From assembly GCA_964652415.1 (NCBI GenBank), contig CAZZDG010000003.1, positions 1 through 35,746 of the forward strand: a stretch of DNA of 35,746 bases, given 5' to 3'. This DNA comes from an uncultured Pseudomonadales bacterium. Its GTDB lineage: Bacteria > Patescibacteriota > Microgenomatia > UBA1400 > PJMF01. Position 1 is the stretch's first letter; each line of letters opens with the position of its first letter. Shown here piece after piece: positions 32,740 through 35,746 of the stretch. The translations under genes and the position numbers were made by a program. Under the pieces are notes generated by a model. That model saw nothing but the letters and a program-made list of their open reading frames with translations, ran no database searches and had not been told where the DNA came from.

Positions 32740-32749
32740 ATATAAAAAA

Positions 32750-33538
32750 ATGAAAAAATATTGGATACTCTTTCTAGCTTTCAGAAAAATTCAGGTCATG
32801 AAATTCATGGAATATCGTGGCGACTTTTTTTTCTGGATGATTGTCTCGCTTATGTGGACAGCATTTAACTATTTTTACTTTGGGCTCGTATTCTCACAAG
32901 GAAAAGGAATTGAAGGTTGGAGTTACGATCAAATTATGTTGCTCATTTCTTTTTACACCATGATTGATGCATTCACCTGGTCAGTTTTCTGGCCAAACAT
33001 GAGCGAATACACTAAGCAAATTTTTAACGGAGAATTGAGTAAATACCTACTACTTCCAGTAAACACTATTTACCTTCTCTTGACACAATACGCCACCTAT
33101 CACAACATACCTCGATTTTTTGTGGGATTATTTGTACTCATACATACTATACAAAAACTTGGGCTCACTGTGAGCTTTTCACAAGTACTTCTAACACTCA
33201 TTGTGTTTTTCTTTGGAATTCTCCTTATTTATAGTTGCTGGTTTATATTAGCAACAACCTCTTTTTGGGTTGAACGACTTGATAATATAAATGAAGTTAT
33301 GCCACAATTTAGATCAATTTATCAGGTTCCAACTAAAGTTTTCACCGGTCTACCTGGTTTCATTTTTAGTTTTATCTTACCACTTGGATTAGTTACTACA
33401 CTCCCAAGTGAGATAATACTAGGAAATACTAACACCCCCTTCATACTATATTTAATTGTAAGCAGTCTACTCTTTTTTGCCCTTTCAGTTGGATTTTTCA
33501 AACTTTCTATTAAAAAATACACAAGTGTAGGTGGATAA
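32750..33538 (+). CDS. ABC-2 type transporter permease, pair 1 subunit B
   Basis: 262 aa from ATG 32750, 10 nt after the previous stop. The track's start at 32669 would overlap the upstream gene by 71 nt. N-terminal MKFMEYRGDFFFWMIV; C-terminal ...KKYTSVGG. Confidence 0.72.
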   Translation: MKKYWILFLAFRKIQVMKFMEYRGDFFFWMIVSLMWTAFNYFYFGLVFSQGKGIEGWSYDQIMLLISFYTMIDAFTWSVFWPNMSEYTKQIFNGELSKYLLLPVNTIYLLLTQYATYHNIPRFFVGLFVLIHTIQKLGLTVSFSQVLLTLIVFFFGILLIYSCWFILATTSFWVERLDNINEVMPQFRSIYQVPTKVFTGLPGFIFSFILPLGLVTTLPSEIILGNTNTPFILYLIVSSLLFFALSVGFFKLSIKKYTSVGG

Positions 33539-33561
33539 TAAAAATAAGGTAAAATAAGTCT

Positions 33562-34551
33562 ATGAAACAAACAATTATTTCAGTTACAAATCTCTCGAAA
33601 CACTTTAAGGTCTATAAAAAAGAACCTGGGCTTGCCGGTTCTTTTAAATCCTTGTTTAAAAGAAAATATGAAACGGTCAAAGCTGTGAATGATGTCTCTT
33701 TTGAAATCAAGGAGGGTGAAATAATCGGATTCATAGGTCAAAATGGCGCTGGAAAAACTACTACACTCAAAGTACTCTCTGGACTCTTATTTCCAACTAC
33801 TGGATCAGTGAGCGTTCTCGGATTTAATCCATGGGATAGAAAATCTGAATTCCAAAAGCAATTTGCATTGATTATGGGGCAAAAAAACCAACTTTGGTGG
33901 GACTTGCCGGCAATTGAATCATTCTTACTCAATAAAGCAATTTATGAAATTCCTGACAAACAATTTGAACAAACACTAGAAAAACTCAGCGTACTTCTAG
34001 ATGTGAAGGATATTTTGCAAATCCAAGTTCGCAAACTTTCACTCGGGCAAAGAATGAAATGTGAACTCATCGCTGCCTTACTTCATAATCCGAAAGTACT
34101 TTTTCTTGATGAACCTACAATCGGACTTGATGTTGTCATGCAAAAAACCTTGCGCGACTTTATTAAAGAATACAATAAAGAATTTGGAGCAACAATCATT
34201 CTAACCAGTCACTACATGGATGATGTCAAAGAACTGTGTGAACGAGTCATTATTATTGATCATGGTACCAAAATTTATGATGGAGCATTAGATAAAATTA
34301 TTAAAACATATGCCCGTACTAAAACACTCACGCTTGCTTTCTCTGAACCAGTAACTCAAAAAGAGCTTGAAGAATTTGGAACCATAAAATCGTTTGGAAA
34401 TGACCAAGCAACACTTTTGGTAAAAAGAAGTGAAGCGACCCAAACTGCAGCAAAAATTTTAAATAAATACAAAGTGCATGATCTCAATATTGAAGAAGCA
34501 CCAATTGAGGCCATCATCAGAGAAATATTTTCGCAAAAACGCGATCAATGA
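33562..34551 (+). CDS. ABC transporter ATP-binding protein (partner of the ABC-2 permeases)
   Basis: 329 aa. Motifs: GQNGAGKTT (Walker A), LSLGQRMKCELIAAL (signature), VLFLDEPTIGLD (Walker B) and TSHYM (H-loop), plus a C-terminal ~90-aa accessory domain. Confidence 0.93.
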   Translation: MKQTIISVTNLSKHFKVYKKEPGLAGSFKSLFKRKYETVKAVNDVSFEIKEGEIIGFIGQNGAGKTTTLKVLSGLLFPTTGSVSVLGFNPWDRKSEFQKQFALIMGQKNQLWWDLPAIESFLLNKAIYEIPDKQFEQTLEKLSVLLDVKDILQIQVRKLSLGQRMKCELIAALLHNPKVLFLDEPTIGLDVVMQKTLRDFIKEYNKEFGATIILTSHYMDDVKELCERVIIIDHGTKIYDGALDKIIKTYARTKTLTLAFSEPVTQKELEEFGTIKSFGNDQATLLVKRSEATQTAAKILNKYKVHDLNIEEAPIEAIIREIFSQKRDQ

Positions 34552-35339
34552 ATAAATACGTAACACTACTACAACTCAGTTGGCAAAACGGATTGGCCTA
34601 CAGAGCCACCGTAATCATGTGGCGTCTGAGACAATTTTTGGAAACTTTAATGTCTCTAACAGTGTGGGTAGTCATTTTTGAGAGTAACCCTCAAGCGTTT
34701 CAATACACAAAAGACAGCATGATTACCTACATCTTTTTGGTTTCTTTTCTACAAAGTGTCATTATTGCAACATATCTCAATGGTTTGGCACAAAAAGTAT
34801 ACTCTGGTGAAATCAGTAACCATCTCTTAAAACCAGTCAATATTTTTGGATACTTTGCAATCGAAGAAATTGCTGACAAACTTAAAAACTTCAGTTTTTT
34901 GCTTATTGAGACACTTATTCTCTTTTTAATTTTCAAACCTGTCATCGCAATCCCCGAACTTGGAATATTCCTCCTATTTGTAACATGGTCATTATTGGGC
35001 GTCATCCTTAATTTCTTCATCACACTCATTTTTGGATCATTTGGTTTTTGGAGTCCTGACACATGGGGACCACGATTCTTATTTTATATGATAGTCAATT
35101 TTACAGCCGGAAAATTATTTCCCCTAGATATTTTGCCAATAACTTTACAAAAAATCCTCTATTTCACTCCATTTCCTTACCTGTCTTTTGTGCAAATTCA
35201 ACTTTTTTTACAACGATTGAATACGCAAGAAATGATCAGACACAGTTTAGTGTTTTTGTTTTGGGTAGGATTACTAGGACTTTTAGTTGTTACGCTCTGG
35301 AAAAAAGGCCTGCGAAGTTACGACTCTGCAGGAAGATAA
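34548..35339 (+). CDS. ABC-2 type transporter permease, pair 2 subunit A
   Basis: 263 aa. The ATG overlaps the ATPase stop (ATGA). N-terminal NGLAYRATVIMWRL; C-terminal ...RSYDSAGR. It resembles the 31939 gene product. Confidence 0.72.
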   Translation: MNKYVTLLQLSWQNGLAYRATVIMWRLRQFLETLMSLTVWVVIFESNPQAFQYTKDSMITYIFLVSFLQSVIIATYLNGLAQKVYSGEISNHLLKPVNIFGYFAIEEIADKLKNFSFLLIETLILFLIFKPVIAIPELGIFLLFVTWSLLGVILNFFITLIFGSFGFWSPDTWGPRFLFYMIVNFTAGKLFPLDILPITLQKILYFTPFPYLSFVQIQLFLQRLNTQEMIRHSLVFLFWVGLLGLLVVTLWKKGLRSYDSAGR

Positions 35340-35345
35340 ATAAAT

Positions 35346-35746
35346 ATGAGAATAAAAACCTATACTAAAGTATGGTCGCTCTTTGCAAAAAATGCATTAC
35401 AAGAAACATTTATAAATCGAGCATCGAATATGTTGTTTTTTTTAGGAAAAACAATCAGAGTCATAATGTCTTTGCTTTTTCTATACTTAATTAAACAAAA
35501 CATTCAAACTTTTGCAGAATACACCAGTGACCAGCTCGTTGTGTTTTTCCTAACCTACCAAATCATCGATATTATTGTTCAAACTATGTATCGAGGAGTA
35601 TATATTTTTAGTAACTTAGTAAGAAGTGGTGAGTTTGATTTTTTACTAACAAAACCAATCAACCCACTTTTTAGAGCTCTCACTGGAAAACCAGATATCA
35701 ATGACTTCATCTTTTTGTTTCCGAATCTGCTTTTAGCAGGCTATAT
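35346..35746 (+). CDS. ABC-2 type transporter permease, pair 2 subunit B (5' part; runs off the window)
   Basis: My translation from ATG 35346 (6 nt after the previous stop) is open to the window end. It reads MRIKTYTKVWSLFAKNALQETFINRASNMLFFLGKTIRVIMSLLFLYLI ... GEFDFLLTKPINPLFRAL. It is not in the supplied track because it has no stop. Confidence 0.65.
   Translation, partial: MRIKTYTKVWSLFAKNALQETFINRASNMLFFLGKTIRVIMSLLFLYLIKQNIQTFAEYTSDQLVVFFLTYQIIDIIVQTMYRGVYIFSNLVRSGEFDFLLTKPINPLFRALTGKPDINDFIFLFPNLLLAGY

Noticed and set aside
32669-32749. An upstream start extending the second ABC-2 permease by 27 codons
   Set aside because: It would overlap the previous permease by 71 nt. ATG 32750 sits 10 nt after that stop and gives an N-terminus (MKKYWILFLAFRK) comparable with the paralogues.
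1-35746. Alternative genetic code (UGA as a sense codon), as in some candidate phyla
   Set aside because: TGA ends several well-defined genes at operon junctions (ATGA/GTGA overlaps), RF2 is intact, and no conserved protein is interrupted by TGA.
1-35746. CRISPR arrays, tandem repeats, tRNA/rRNA genes, integrases, transposases and inverted-repeat-bounded elements
   Set aside because: By-eye scanning of all intergenic regions found none of these. No spacer has regularly spaced direct repeats, tRNA-like acceptor or T-arm sequences, or recombinase ORFs. A computational scan (tRNAscan-SE, Infernal, a repeat finder) would be needed for certainty.

Overview
This is a gene-dense, AT-rich bacterial chromosome fragment with about 41 protein-coding genes. 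I see no rRNA, tRNA, CRISPR array, integrase or transposase.

Secure housekeeping anchors:
- recA (13669-14733)
- RNase Y, rny (15078-16697)
- secG
- RF2, prfB (25389-26480)
- ftsE-ftsX (27111-28918)
- HU (31577-31852)

Other blocks, in order along the window:
1. An envelope-glycosylation block at 1-5675. It holds a GT2 tail, a GT-C enzyme, a small membrane protein, a WecA/TagO-like initiating transferase, a UbiA-family enzyme of the decaprenyl-phosphate phosphoribosyltransferase type, and a PMT/GT39 enzyme.
2. An orphan 274-aa ORF with unusually long unassigned flanks (5676-6938).
3. A tightly packed six-gene minus-strand operon (6939-13465), divergent from recA. It encodes an S51 peptidase-like protein, a 73-aa basic protein, a DUF2130 coiled-coil protein with a D...ExK nuclease-like motif, a Nudix hydrolase, a UvrD-type helicase fused to a RecB-type nuclease, and a 2-TM/bPH-like membrane protein.
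4. A minus-strand operon (18611-23090): alpha/beta hydrolase, membrane-anchored Mur ligase, DegT-type PLP enzyme and FemAB-family transferase.
5. A long plus-strand run (23181-31448): cyclophilin lipoprotein, DUF4012, prfB, a membrane protein, ftsEX, a coiled-coil protein ending in a C39-like cysteine peptidase domain, a lamin-tail-domain surface protein and VanZ.
6. An ABC-2 type transporter locus (31939 to the window end) with one ATPase flanked by two pairs of permease genes.

The standard genetic code applies: TGA ends several well-supported genes and RF2 is present. The repertoire and compactness suggest a small-genome, monoderm-style lineage such as Patescibacteria/CPR. That is an impression, not a search result.

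The best candidates for undescribed biology are the membrane-anchored Mur-ligase/FemAB/DegT/hydrolase operon, the recA-divergent nuclease/helicase/Nudix operon, the FtsEX-linked coiled-coil C39-like hydrolase, and the 344-nt promoter-bearing non-coding region between recA and rny. No canonical mobile element or known defence system was recognised.
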